Source: a virus (Duplodnaviria; Caudoviricetes). Taken from it: DNA of 55,632 nt. Location: IMG/VR virus record IMGVR_UViG_3300045006_000223, positions 1 to 55,632 of that record. One strand, written 5' to 3'. Position 1 is the first letter of the stretch. The number at the start of each line of letters is the position of its first letter. Positions 25,195 through 34,466 of this stretch are shown in pieces. A program made the translations under genes and the position numbers. Below the pieces are notes generated by a model. It searched no databases and was not told where the DNA came from. It saw only the letters and a program-made list of their open reading frames with translations.

Positions 25195-25833
25195 TCAGAG
25201 TTGAAATGCGACGAAGGGTCGATACGCGGCTGCCTGATGCCGGTCGTACAAGCTCTTAATGCTTTTTTCTCCTGCCCACGGATGAGCTATTGCCTTTCCG
25301 ACGTGGAACCAAGGCAGAAAAGAAAACCGGTGGAGGTCAAACCAGATCACCGGCCTGAGCCACTGGCCTTTGGCAAGTTTGAACGGCAGGGCGAGGAAGG
25401 CCGGTATGGCCGGCGGAACCTGTGTTACCACATCGCCGATTATTTCATGCCGGACCACGGGCAGCTTCCTGGCGGCCATCCACCACCGGAGGCCGCCCAC
25501 CCGTGGGCACCCGCAGACCTCAACGGCGGTCGCCCTGCCGAGCGCATGGCAGGCAGCGCCGACCAGTAGCGCGATTGCCCCGCCCAAGCTGTGGCCGGTG
25601 ATGAGCAGGGGCGATGACCCACGAATGACTGGTAGCAGGAACTCCATGGCTGAATCGGCCTGTTCAGCGAAACCGGCGTGTACCCCGTGAAAATGACACC
25701 ACGCGGTCCTGCGGATGTTCAGGTCCGAGTCCACATCGTACTCATCAGCCGTGCCGTAGAAGTGGATGTGGAGGCCACTACCTGGCAACGGCTCGTAGTA
25801 TCCCTGGCACCTACCAGTCGAGAAGTGCGTCAT
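25195..25833 (-). CDS. Class 3 lipase (alpha/beta hydrolase)
   Basis: FYGT, VHAGF, ITGHSLGGAIA, GCPRVG, DVVTQVPP, HVG motifs; start placed at ATG 25833. Confidence 0.9.
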   Translation of the reverse strand: MTHFSTGRCQGYYEPLPGSGLHIHFYGTADEYDVDSDLNIRRTAWCHFHGVHAGFAEQADSAMEFLLPVIRGSSPLLITGHSLGGAIALLVGAACHALGRATAVEVCGCPRVGGLRWWMAARKLPVVRHEIIGDVVTQVPPAIPAFLALPFKLAKGQWLRPVIWFDLHRFSFLPWFHVGKAIAHPWAGEKSIKSLYDRHQAAAYRPFVAFQL

Positions 25834-25834
25834 G

Positions 25835-26464
25835 TCACACCCCCAGCAGTGCGAGCGCGTCGACCGCACCATTGTAGGCGTCGGTGATCTGCGCAAGAGT
25901 CCTGGCCGACTCGCCGATGTACGCGCCCTCGCGGCGCATGAAATCCTTAGCATCCCAAATCGGTGGATAACAGGATTCGACAAAGGCTCCGAAAGCAACA
26001 GCAAAGTCCTGGAAATCAGCCACCGGCAGGTTGATGTACAAGTTCTCTCTGGTTTTCCATTTGATGGAAGTCGTTCGGCCCATCAGTATTTGCAGCGCAA
26101 ATCCCTTCACATTGTCTTGCCCCATCTGGCAGGCTTGGATGACATAGTTCTTGTTCTTGTATTTGTACCGGAAACCGGCTTCAAGTCGCGGGAACAGAAG
26201 CGCGTCCACCTTATCACACATACGTTCGATGTACGCTGCTGGGTCGCGGTCGAAGTCTGCCTGTTCGCGTTCCTCGTCGGTGGTCGGCTCCGGTGACGGA
26301 GCGCATCGGTCAGGATGGGCTGCCACGTAATCTTCGACGGCGGCAAACTGTTCGGGGTCATGACCGGCTGTTGCATGGTAAACCTTTTCGCCATGCTCGG
26401 GATGATCGATGAGATAAGTCCCATCCTTGCGCTTGTAAACGGTGCCTTGAACATTGAACATCAT
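25835..26464 (-). CDS. Tail fibre assembly/accessory protein (DUF4376-like)
   Basis: ATGA coupling after the fibre gene; WKT..N motif. Confidence 0.6.
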   Translation of the reverse strand: MMFNVQGTVYKRKDGTYLIDHPEHGEKVYHATAGHDPEQFAAVEDYVAAHPDRCAPSPEPTTDEEREQADFDRDPAAYIERMCDKVDALLFPRLEAGFRYKYKNKNYVIQACQMGQDNVKGFALQILMGRTTSIKWKTRENLYINLPVADFQDFAVAFGAFVESCYPPIWDAKDFMRREGAYIGESARTLAQITDAYNGAVDALALLGV

Positions 26465-28035
26465 GCTACCCTCTTGTAAATCACTATCGCAGTGGTTGTT
26501 CCGCTCAAGTTGATTTGCGTTCCACCGCCAGCATAAACACTGCAATATGGTACGCCATTCAATGCGAGAACAGTGACTGCAAACGCCCCACCAGCCGGCA
26601 GGTTGATATACATCGTGGCCTGACAAACCTGAACCGCTGTGACATTGAGATAAATGTCGGCAAGCGTCACCGTCGTACCCGATCCGTAAAGACCGGGCGA
26701 ACTGAGGGTGGCGATATTATATGCCAAGTTGTTCGTCATTATCCGTTGCCATGACCCAAGCACGCCATTGATATACGAGCGGAAATACAGGTTGGTGTCT
26801 GAGCCGGGTAAGTCAGTACAGAAGCAGATGCCTGTGCCCGACGATGTATTCCCGCCCATGCGGAAAAACGCGATGTGCCACAGTCTTGTTGACCGGGCAG
26901 CGCCTTCTGGCGTATACAGGGTTCCGGTGGCAAAATAGGCCGCACCGCTTGCTCCGCTGTTCATAAGTACGGCGAGTGCGTTGTTGCCGTCCACGTCCAC
27001 CCCACCAAGCACACTTTCACCATCGTAGATTTGCAGGCGGTGCCTGCCATCGAGGGTGTCAGCGTTCGCTGCGTTGGTTGCGTTGGTTGCGTTGGTTGCA
27101 CTTCCGGCACTGGTAGCGTACCCTGCTTGGAGACTTGCGTTCATCGCCCCATTACTGATGGGTATTTGACCAGCGCCGTTCCCGGCATCGTACCCGTCAA
27201 GCTGATCAGCACTTTTCCCGGTAAGCGTTGCCGGAATCTGGGCCAATGGAACGGTGCCTGCGTTCAGGTTTCCGGCATTCAGGTAATACGCCCCATGCTG
27301 CCCGTCAAGCAGGTCGGCGTCCAGGCCGGAACCGGCACCGTCAACGGTCAGAATCTTGGCGAGCAGGGCAGCAGCCGTCACCAGCGCGTCGGTGTATGCC
27401 TTGGTGGTAAGATCATCAGTAGCGGCAGGAGTCGCAGCCTTCAAAGTGCCGTCGGCACCGCGAGCTGCCACGGTGTTGGCGGTGGCAGCAGCCGTCGAAC
27501 CAAGTCCGTTCAGCAGCCCGGCGTTCGATGGAACCATCGTCCAGTCGGTCTGGCCGGGCGTCTTCGGCGACACGCCAACAAGGTCGAGTGGGCTGGCAGA
27601 GGTGCGACGGTAGAACTCGAACACGGACACGGTACTGACGGTGCTGATGACGAAGCACACATCAAACTGCTTGTACGCCTGTGCAGCGTCGTACTCGAAA
27701 GCGTTGTGCGCAGCTGCTATTTTCTCTGCCTGGGCATATGCCAGGAACTGCTGTGCAAGCTTTGCCACATTGTAACTGAACCGGCCGAGGAAGTGGTCCC
27801 ACGCCATGCGCGGAATAGACGCGGCCTGCGAACGCGCACCCCGATCAAGTATCACCGGATCGTAGTCGGTCTTGCTGGCATTCGGGATATTCTGATCGTT
27901 GGCGATGTTGAAGTCATCGACACCCTCGATCAAGTTGTTGTCGTAGGCAGCCTGCGTAAACGAAAAACGCGCCGGTTTGGCTGCGTCTATACGTTGAAGA
28001 AGCGCTATTATCGCATTAATTTCGGTAGCAGACAT
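26461..28035 (-). CDS. Tail fibre protein
   Basis: AAGGAG SD before ATG 28035; DGAGSGLDADLLDG, ATNA repeats, ADTLDG. Confidence 0.9.
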   Translation of the reverse strand: MSATEINAIIALLQRIDAAKPARFSFTQAAYDNNLIEGVDDFNIANDQNIPNASKTDYDPVILDRGARSQAASIPRMAWDHFLGRFSYNVAKLAQQFLAYAQAEKIAAAHNAFEYDAAQAYKQFDVCFVISTVSTVSVFEFYRRTSASPLDLVGVSPKTPGQTDWTMVPSNAGLLNGLGSTAAATANTVAARGADGTLKAATPAATDDLTTKAYTDALVTAAALLAKILTVDGAGSGLDADLLDGQHGAYYLNAGNLNAGTVPLAQIPATLTGKSADQLDGYDAGNGAGQIPISNGAMNASLQAGYATSAGSATNATNATNAANADTLDGRHRLQIYDGESVLGGVDVDGNNALAVLMNSGASGAAYFATGTLYTPEGAARSTRLWHIAFFRMGGNTSSGTGICFCTDLPGSDTNLYFRSYINGVLGSWQRIMTNNLAYNIATLSSPGLYGSGTTVTLADIYLNVTAVQVCQATMYINLPAGGAFAVTVLALNGVPYCSVYAGGGTQINLSGTTTAIVIYKRVA

Positions 28036-28045
28036 CTCGAACTCC

Positions 28046-28906
28046 TTACACGTAAACCTGGGAAGTTTCAAATAGCTTGAACTTGGTCTTCACTATATAC
28101 ATCCACATCGTGTGGCGCGCAAGCCGGTTTGAAAGTTCTGCACTTTCGTCGAGTTTATACTCAACAAGGTAGTGCATATTTCCAAACGTAATGTTGATGT
28201 CCTTTACATACGTACCGCACAACAATTCAGTAAGCTCAAAAAACACTTTTATGCTCGGCCCATTGTACCGAACGTACTGCATTATTTCGATGACCGATTT
28301 TACAATGTCTATGGAAATCGCAGATATGACATTCGCATCATTGCTCATGGTGAGAAAGCTCTCGCCGTAGAATGGATCGTAGGCAACACCGATGGGCGGT
28401 GAAGCCAGGATGTTCGCCCATATCACGTTGCCATTGATGTCATACACCGGTTGGTCGGCTCGTGCATACCCAAGTACGGTCTTCCCATGCGGCACGAGTG
28501 ACGCCCGCCTGGTAGCGCTCGCTTCGGTTGTTATGTCATCCGGGTAGTCATCATTTGCAGTTCTGACGTAATCAAAGCCCTCGGTGATGCCATTGTACAG
28601 GCCGCGCTCACTCCGCTCCTTGCCGTCTACAACATGGCTCTCCGTGAAGTACTCCATGCCACGCCACGCGCCGCCGGCAAGGTAGGTGGGAAACACGCCG
28701 GCAATCTTGCCGATGTTCAGGATGTCCGCGCTCCGCATGGCAAGTTCTTCGGTCGACGACACCTCCATCTGCAGCTTGAACTGCACCTTGATCCAGTACA
28801 CAAGCTCGTCAAGAATGTCGTCGATTGCGAAGTTCAAGAACACCACGAGCCGAAGCAGAAAAAAACCGTTGAACTCACCACGATGAAAGCGGAACGGCAG
28901 TTTCAT
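28046..28906 (-). CDS. Baseplate wedge protein (putative)
   Basis: Between baseplate J and fibre. Confidence 0.6.
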   Translation of the reverse strand: MKLPFRFHRGEFNGFFLLRLVVFLNFAIDDILDELVYWIKVQFKLQMEVSSTEELAMRSADILNIGKIAGVFPTYLAGGAWRGMEYFTESHVVDGKERSERGLYNGITEGFDYVRTANDDYPDDITTEASATRRASLVPHGKTVLGYARADQPVYDINGNVIWANILASPPIGVAYDPFYGESFLTMSNDANVISAISIDIVKSVIEIMQYVRYNGPSIKVFFELTELLCGTYVKDINITFGNMHYLVEYKLDESAELSNRLARHTMWMYIVKTKFKLFETSQVYV

Positions 28907-28917
28907 CTTTTCTGCTC

Positions 28918-30105
28918 CTATGCCTGGTCAGTGCCGACGAACGTGGCAGCGGTGAGGTTCAATGTCCTGGTTTTGGGAACGTCCAGGAACGGAACTTGTG
29001 ACCCGCCAACCAGAATATCAATGTTGGTAATGCGGACGCTGGTGAGGCCGAGGTTGGTGAGCTTGGTGTACACGTCGGCCTCGGTCAAGGTGTCGACGTG
29101 CGTGGCCGAGTTCTTGTAGGAATCAAGCGCAGCGTTCATCGCTGCTTCGGCGTTGATCTGTAGAATCTTCGAGCTGTCAAACCGGTAGCTGATGTTCAGT
29201 GTGAAGCTCGCCTGCTGGTGGTTGGTATAGTACACCGGGTACTTGCCACCGATGTAGTGGCTATCCACGTAGTACACGACCTTCGCGGCATCAACCATTT
29301 TCGTGGCGTAGATCGTGCTACTTGCCACAAGCTCAGCAAGCTCTACACCAGGCGAGCCAGTTATGATGATGAGCAGCTGGTACGGAGCGACAACAATTCC
29401 GTCATATGTGGCGTTCGAGTTTGACTGGTTGAACACCACATTGCACTCAAGGATGTTCGGCAGATTGCGGATGTTGAGTTCGAGTTCTTTTATGGCGTCC
29501 TGACGATCCGTGTCGGTGAGAATGCGCTGTCGAAAATCGAACGCAGTCTCGTCGCCGTATCCGAGCAGCCCCGAGTTGTCAGCGCAGTCGAATGACACCG
29601 CAGCAGGCATGGTTGCACCATCCTGCCTGACAATGGTTATTCCGGCGACGCTGGACACCGGGAATGCCCCGACCTCAGCGGACCTGGCGGTTATCTGTGA
29701 GGACGCGCTCGCGGCAAGCACAAGATCGAGCGTGAGCGTGAACGAAAAGATGTCGCCGTTGACCGACGTGTAGTTGTACACACCGGCGAGCAGCGTTGCC
29801 GCGCTGGCGGAATCGTTATTCGTGGCGGTGATCTGAAGCAACGACCCGGACCCAGCCTTGAACTTGGTGCCTACCAGCTTCGCGGTGGAGTAGAGGTCTT
29901 CGTCGGCACAAGTCTCGGGATCGAACTTGTTCCTGAGCGCCAGGGCAGCGTCCTGGATCAGCGTGTAGCCGGCCGCGATGGCCCGGAACGCGAGCCACAG
30001 CTTGTTGTTGTTATTCCGAAAAATTCTCTTCGGTGCGACCAGGCCGTCATACTTGTCGGCCATCAGCTTGAGAATTTCGTCAATCGACCTACTTACTAAT
30101 GCCAT
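28918..30105 (-). CDS. Baseplate J-like protein
   Basis: DPETCADEDL, G.GDETAFDFRQRI patterns; 395 aa. Confidence 0.85.
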   Translation of the reverse strand: MALVSRSIDEILKLMADKYDGLVAPKRIFRNNNNKLWLAFRAIAAGYTLIQDAALALRNKFDPETCADEDLYSTAKLVGTKFKAGSGSLLQITATNNDSASAATLLAGVYNYTSVNGDIFSFTLTLDLVLAASASSQITARSAEVGAFPVSSVAGITIVRQDGATMPAAVSFDCADNSGLLGYGDETAFDFRQRILTDTDRQDAIKELELNIRNLPNILECNVVFNQSNSNATYDGIVVAPYQLLIIITGSPGVELAELVASSTIYATKMVDAAKVVYYVDSHYIGGKYPVYYTNHQQASFTLNISYRFDSSKILQINAEAAMNAALDSYKNSATHVDTLTEADVYTKLTNLGLTSVRITNIDILVGGSQVPFLDVPKTRTLNLTAATFVGTDQA

Positions 30106-30111
30106 AAGTAG

Positions 30112-30140
30112 ATACTACACCACAAATCGGTGTAATACAA
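30112..30140 (-). promoter_or_regulatory. Sigma70-like internal promoter, possibly leaderless
   Basis: TTGTAT-17-TAGTAT, 6 nt before ATG 30105, no SD. Confidence 0.55.
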
Positions 30141-30194
30141 GCCTCGTGTTTCAGCTTTAGTTAGGGCAAGGCGGGTATTTTGGGCAAGACCGAC

Positions 30195-31256
30195 TTAGCC
30201 GCCTGTCTTGATTGTCGTGGTCTTCGCAGCCGTGATACTGCAGGTCAGGCCGGCCAGCCCTGGCGAGGTGGCACCGTTCGATGGATGCGTGTGAGCCGCC
30301 AACGTCGCGCACAGTGTCGTCAAGGCATCCTGCAGTTCTTGCCAGGTGACGAGTCGTTTCGAGCTACCATTTAGGCGCATTTCATTGAACGAGACATCCA
30401 GGTCGGACTCGCTAACTATGTTCACATCCGCCTTGGACCCGATGGTGACGGTGATGTCAGCATCCACATCAACCACCGCGCCAGCAGGATCGCCTGCCGG
30501 TGAGTGCGCCTTCCCTACCGTTATGTCTTGGGCGGCCTGGAAATTCTTCACCACCGGGGCGTTTGGTGAATACTCCTCGGTCACGGTGGCGTCCACATTT
30601 TCCAGAGTCTTGTCGTTCTTGACCGCGAAGCCGTGCCGGCGCGTCACTGTCGACTGGTAGTCGTACTCAGCAGGGCTGTGGACGCCGAAGGTGAATGCAA
30701 CCACGCGGTCCACAAACCCACCACTTCCCGGTATGGCGTCGAACAGCACGTTCATCTCTCGTTTGAATATCGCCGTACAGGCAGCACGACTCTGCATACT
30801 GACAGTTGGTACATCCGCGATGACGGTGTTCTTGATGACAGTTTCCGCAAACCCCCTGGCCGGAGCAAGCAGTATGCCAACCATCGAGTAGGTGTTGTAC
30901 CCTGTAGCGTCGGAGTCCTTAATGCTCCAATCCTTCTTGCCGGATGCCTCATATCGTCCCTGTGGCAAATCGAACATTGCCCTGTTGTATAAGTTCATGC
31001 TGAGCAACAGCACCAGATCACCGACAGCTGGCCGCGATGCCTGCTCGAAATGCGACGAGCTAATCGACAGCACAGGCACGCACGACACGGTATGCGCTGC
31101 GCCGCGCCGAATGATGTGCTCCACCTGCGCGATGTTGTCGGTGACTACCTCAATGACAACACCGTAAGAAATGATTGTGGTTTCCTTCAACCAGTTCTCA
31201 TTGTTGCTTCTACTACTGTTTTTCAGCAGGTCGAACGGCTCTCTACGGGACGACAT
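30195..31256 (-). CDS. Baseplate central spike (gp138/gpV-like)
   Basis: PAVGDLVLL OB-fold motif; C-terminal HTH (HxH) metal-binding apex. Confidence 0.8.
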   Translation of the reverse strand: MSSRREPFDLLKNSSRSNNENWLKETTIISYGVVIEVVTDNIAQVEHIIRRGAAHTVSCVPVLSISSSHFEQASRPAVGDLVLLLSMNLYNRAMFDLPQGRYEASGKKDWSIKDSDATGYNTYSMVGILLAPARGFAETVIKNTVIADVPTVSMQSRAACTAIFKREMNVLFDAIPGSGGFVDRVVAFTFGVHSPAEYDYQSTVTRRHGFAVKNDKTLENVDATVTEEYSPNAPVVKNFQAAQDITVGKAHSPAGDPAGAVVDVDADITVTIGSKADVNIVSESDLDVSFNEMRLNGSSKRLVTWQELQDALTTLCATLAAHTHPSNGATSPGLAGLTCSITAAKTTTIKTGG

Positions 31257-33192
31257 GGCTTACTATCTCCTCACTCTCCGGGTAGTCGTGCAAGAACGGC
31301 AGCTGCAGATTGATTTTATCGCCGACGCCGGGTGTTATTGGGTTGTTCTCACGCCCGTAAATCGATGGCATTGTCCTGCCGAACAACTTGCTCTCCGCAT
31401 TTGAGAAGTAGTTCATGCGGTATGCGCTCTCGAACAATTGGGGATTCCAACCAACCAATGCACTGATGGCATCCTCCACAGTCGGAGGGTGCGGCCACCG
31501 CTTGATGTATGGAAACCTTGCCGACGCCATCAGCAGGTCTACAAGCCCTTGCCATGTAGACGGGCACGTGCCGAAACTACCATTGAACGCATACACCGCT
31601 TCAAGCGCGACCTTCCGCCACACCTTCGTCCGCTCTTTCGGTGTGATGACAGCCGGCGGCTTTACCGGTGTGATACGCCCGGTCATGGCGTCGGTCTTCG
31701 GCTCGTACTCGCCTTCGATGTCGGTGCACATCATCGTCATCATATTCGAATCGCCGTCCGTACTGAACTCCACGTCGACGATCAGTACCAAGTACAAGTT
31801 GTTCAGCTTTCCTGGCTGGTAGTAGTGCCCTACCAGATCATTCAATACATAGCTGGACTGGAACGCCACGGTGCACATAGAGCCGATAGCAGAAAAAAAT
31901 GGTGCGCGGATTTGCCGTGTCCCGGACCAGGTGATGTCGTAGACCGCTGGCAGCTTAAAGATTTTTTTCTCCTGCTGTGCGTACACGAAGTTGTCCTGAA
32001 AAATCTGCTTCTCTTTTTCCTTTTCGTGGTAGGCGAAGTAATTGCCATCACTCAGCATGTAGTACCTGATGAATGGATACTGCTTGCTGATGCTGTTGAG
32101 CTGTGCGGAAACCGAGTCGTACATCTCGACGAATGGCGGGTGCATGATAGGTGCTGTCTGCAACACCTGGTCTTCTGTGAGGTCAAACAGCGGCAGTTCT
32201 TCGAGCGGCGTTTGCCATAACACATCTGACATAAATACGGTGATGCCGTAGTAATCAGCTGCTGACTTGCCGTCTTTGCCGGTGCCTGGCTCGTTGGAGA
32301 GTCTGCCGTCTTTTAGCGGCACCCGTGTCACAGAGCGCATGTCCGCCGAGTACACATACACGTCATCACGTGTCGTTACTACCTGCAACTTTCCGTCAGC
32401 CGCGGACACAACTGTCTGGCGTTCGTCCACCGTGTGGTGGAAGCGCGGATTAATGAATCGCATCGTGATGAGCGCGAAGAAGGTGAGCGGCAGGTTATTG
32501 AACGGCTTTTTCGCGCCCCAGCTACTACTTGTGTGGTAGCCGTAATTCATCTTGCGTATGGTATCTGCGTCAGCTTTCCACACCAAGCCCTGGCTGATGT
32601 TGCCGACAACGCATTGGAAGCGCGTTACCATGTCTGGAGGGCCACTTATTCGCTGGGTAGTCAGTACGTCAGCCACAATGCGTTCAGCCGGAACTTTCCA
32701 GCTGCTGCTTGTTTCAAGGGAGTTGTCGAGCAATGCAAGAAAGTCTGATGCGGGCCTTTCGCTGTACCATGGATCACGTGCCCAGTCGGACATCTGACTC
32801 TTATAGCCCATTTGTATCTCGACGCGCCGAATCATGCCGGCATTTCGCTCCATTGATGTCATGTCCTTGATAAACAGATTCGCTACGTCGATATTGAGTT
32901 CTATGGCGGTGCTATTTGCCACCTGTTTGTATGTTACTTTGATGGACGGTTTTTGCCGGCAGTCGATGTATTGGTATGTACCACCCGAGTATAGTATTTC
33001 GTAGTCAGACCTGATGGTGAAAGTTTTCGGAGGGTCGCCAGGCTTTATTGGGTCATGGATAAAGCGTAGGTTGATGATCCTGTCGTTGAAGTCTTCCGAT
33101 GTCAACGACACGGTATCGACATCGCGCTTTATACCTGCCGCCGGCACCTCTGGTTGGGCATTGGCCTGGAACATCCTACCTTTTGCTGTCAT
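31243..33192 (-). CDS. Baseplate hub protein (putative)
   Basis: Synteny; ATGA-coupled start at 33192. Confidence 0.65.
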   Translation of the reverse strand: MTAKGRMFQANAQPEVPAAGIKRDVDTVSLTSEDFNDRIINLRFIHDPIKPGDPPKTFTIRSDYEILYSGGTYQYIDCRQKPSIKVTYKQVANSTAIELNIDVANLFIKDMTSMERNAGMIRRVEIQMGYKSQMSDWARDPWYSERPASDFLALLDNSLETSSSWKVPAERIVADVLTTQRISGPPDMVTRFQCVVGNISQGLVWKADADTIRKMNYGYHTSSSWGAKKPFNNLPLTFFALITMRFINPRFHHTVDERQTVVSAADGKLQVVTTRDDVYVYSADMRSVTRVPLKDGRLSNEPGTGKDGKSAADYYGITVFMSDVLWQTPLEELPLFDLTEDQVLQTAPIMHPPFVEMYDSVSAQLNSISKQYPFIRYYMLSDGNYFAYHEKEKEKQIFQDNFVYAQQEKKIFKLPAVYDITWSGTRQIRAPFFSAIGSMCTVAFQSSYVLNDLVGHYYQPGKLNNLYLVLIVDVEFSTDGDSNMMTMMCTDIEGEYEPKTDAMTGRITPVKPPAVITPKERTKVWRKVALEAVYAFNGSFGTCPSTWQGLVDLLMASARFPYIKRWPHPPTVEDAISALVGWNPQLFESAYRMNYFSNAESKLFGRTMPSIYGRENNPITPGVGDKINLQLPFLHDYPESEEIVSHVVP

Positions 33193-33515
33193 TGGGTATC
33201 CTCGTACAGCGTGACGACGCACTGTTCCATATTGTCGTGCGTCAGCAGCTTGCCTCGCAGAGAAGCGTCGGCTGACGTAATACCTACTTGACCATCACCA
33301 ATGCCTATGACCATGGCAGCCATCGACGCACGCAAAATGCCTCCATTCGCATCGAGCTTGCGCACCATGCAGGTAACACGATTAATGTTGCCGAGCGTAT
33401 TCAGCCCAGCAAACGTTTCGTCAATGATTGTGAACATTGCTTCTTGCCGAACACCGTAGGTGACGTACAATTTACTGTTCACGAAGTCAGAGTTTTTCAG
33501 TACGATGTCCATCAC
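33189..33515 (-). CDS. Hypothetical tail/baseplate protein
   Basis: Synteny. Confidence 0.6.
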   Translation of the reverse strand: MMDIVLKNSDFVNSKLYVTYGVRQEAMFTIIDETFAGLNTLGNINRVTCMVRKLDANGGILRASMAAMVIGIGDGQVGITSADASLRGKLLTHDNMEQCVVTLYEDTQ

Positions 33516-33524
33516 ACACCCCTA

Positions 33525-34454
33525 TTAGCTGCGGCGCAAAAATGGCACGCTGGTTTCGTCGCTACCGGCTATTTTAGCATTAGAAGCCTCTTCAACACCA
33601 GTCAAATTGGCCATCAAGGCGGTGAAAGTCTTCATGTACCCCATCACTGCCGCAGACGCCCAACCGAGCTTGACTGCGCTCGGGCTACCGATGTTCTCGG
33701 CCACGGTCATGGTCAGCACCGGCCGCTCACGCACCTGTAGAGTTGCACGGAACACATCATCCTCTTTGCCTTCCTTCTTGATGTCAAGCCCTACGATCTG
33801 GACGTAGCGATAATCGTGCCCGCTCCACATTTTCATGGTCAGCACCTTCTGACTTTCCAGCATGGCTTCCAGCGAGTTTTTATTGATATGCTTTGCACCA
33901 GGATTGTCTGCGAACATTGTGGCTATATCGACGATCTTACCCACAGGCTGGTACGCGAGGTTCATGGCGTCTATTTCACCACGATTCTCAGCTTTTCCGG
34001 CAAATATGTCGATGAGTGCACTCGTCAGTTGTGAGAACTCACCAACAGAGCGGCCAAACTGCTTGCTGTACGGCTGAAACGGCAGTATGATTTCGAGGTT
34101 ATACGACTTCGGCTTTATGACAGAATTGTCCACAACAACTTCCTGTACGCCACGGCGTATCTGGTCGCCAAGCTGTGCCATAGACACCTTGGCCTGCGGC
34201 TCGTACAGAAGAATGCGCTTGTCAGAAACATCCACCTGCTGTGTTTCACTTATGCTTTTCACGTAGAACATACAGATTGGCAACGTCATCTTGTCGTTGC
34301 GTGGATACCAGAACTTATTGTATAGGCACGTAAGGTTATCGAAGCTGCTTACCATGTCGATGCTGGTCTGCACCATTGTAGGAACGATTATCGCACCAAC
34401 AGGATCGACGCCTTTACCATACGCGCCGCTACCGTTTATAGGGCCACCCGCCAT
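33525..34454 (-). CDS. Tail tube initiator / Dit-like protein (putative)
   Basis: Immediately after the tape measure gene. Confidence 0.6.
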   Translation of the reverse strand: MAGGPINGSGAYGKGVDPVGAIIVPTMVQTSIDMVSSFDNLTCLYNKFWYPRNDKMTLPICMFYVKSISETQQVDVSDKRILLYEPQAKVSMAQLGDQIRRGVQEVVVDNSVIKPKSYNLEIILPFQPYSKQFGRSVGEFSQLTSALIDIFAGKAENRGEIDAMNLAYQPVGKIVDIATMFADNPGAKHINKNSLEAMLESQKVLTMKMWSGHDYRYVQIVGLDIKKEGKEDDVFRATLQVRERPVLTMTVAENIGSPSAVKLGWASAAVMGYMKTFTALMANLTGVEEASNAKIAGSDETSVPFLRRS

Positions 34455-34466
34455 GTTGTTGCTCCT

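Noticed and set aside
28036-28071. MKLPRF start of the fibre gene resembling the MKLPFRF start of the upstream gene
   Set aside because: Coincidence from a TTG start call; the SD supports ATG 28035
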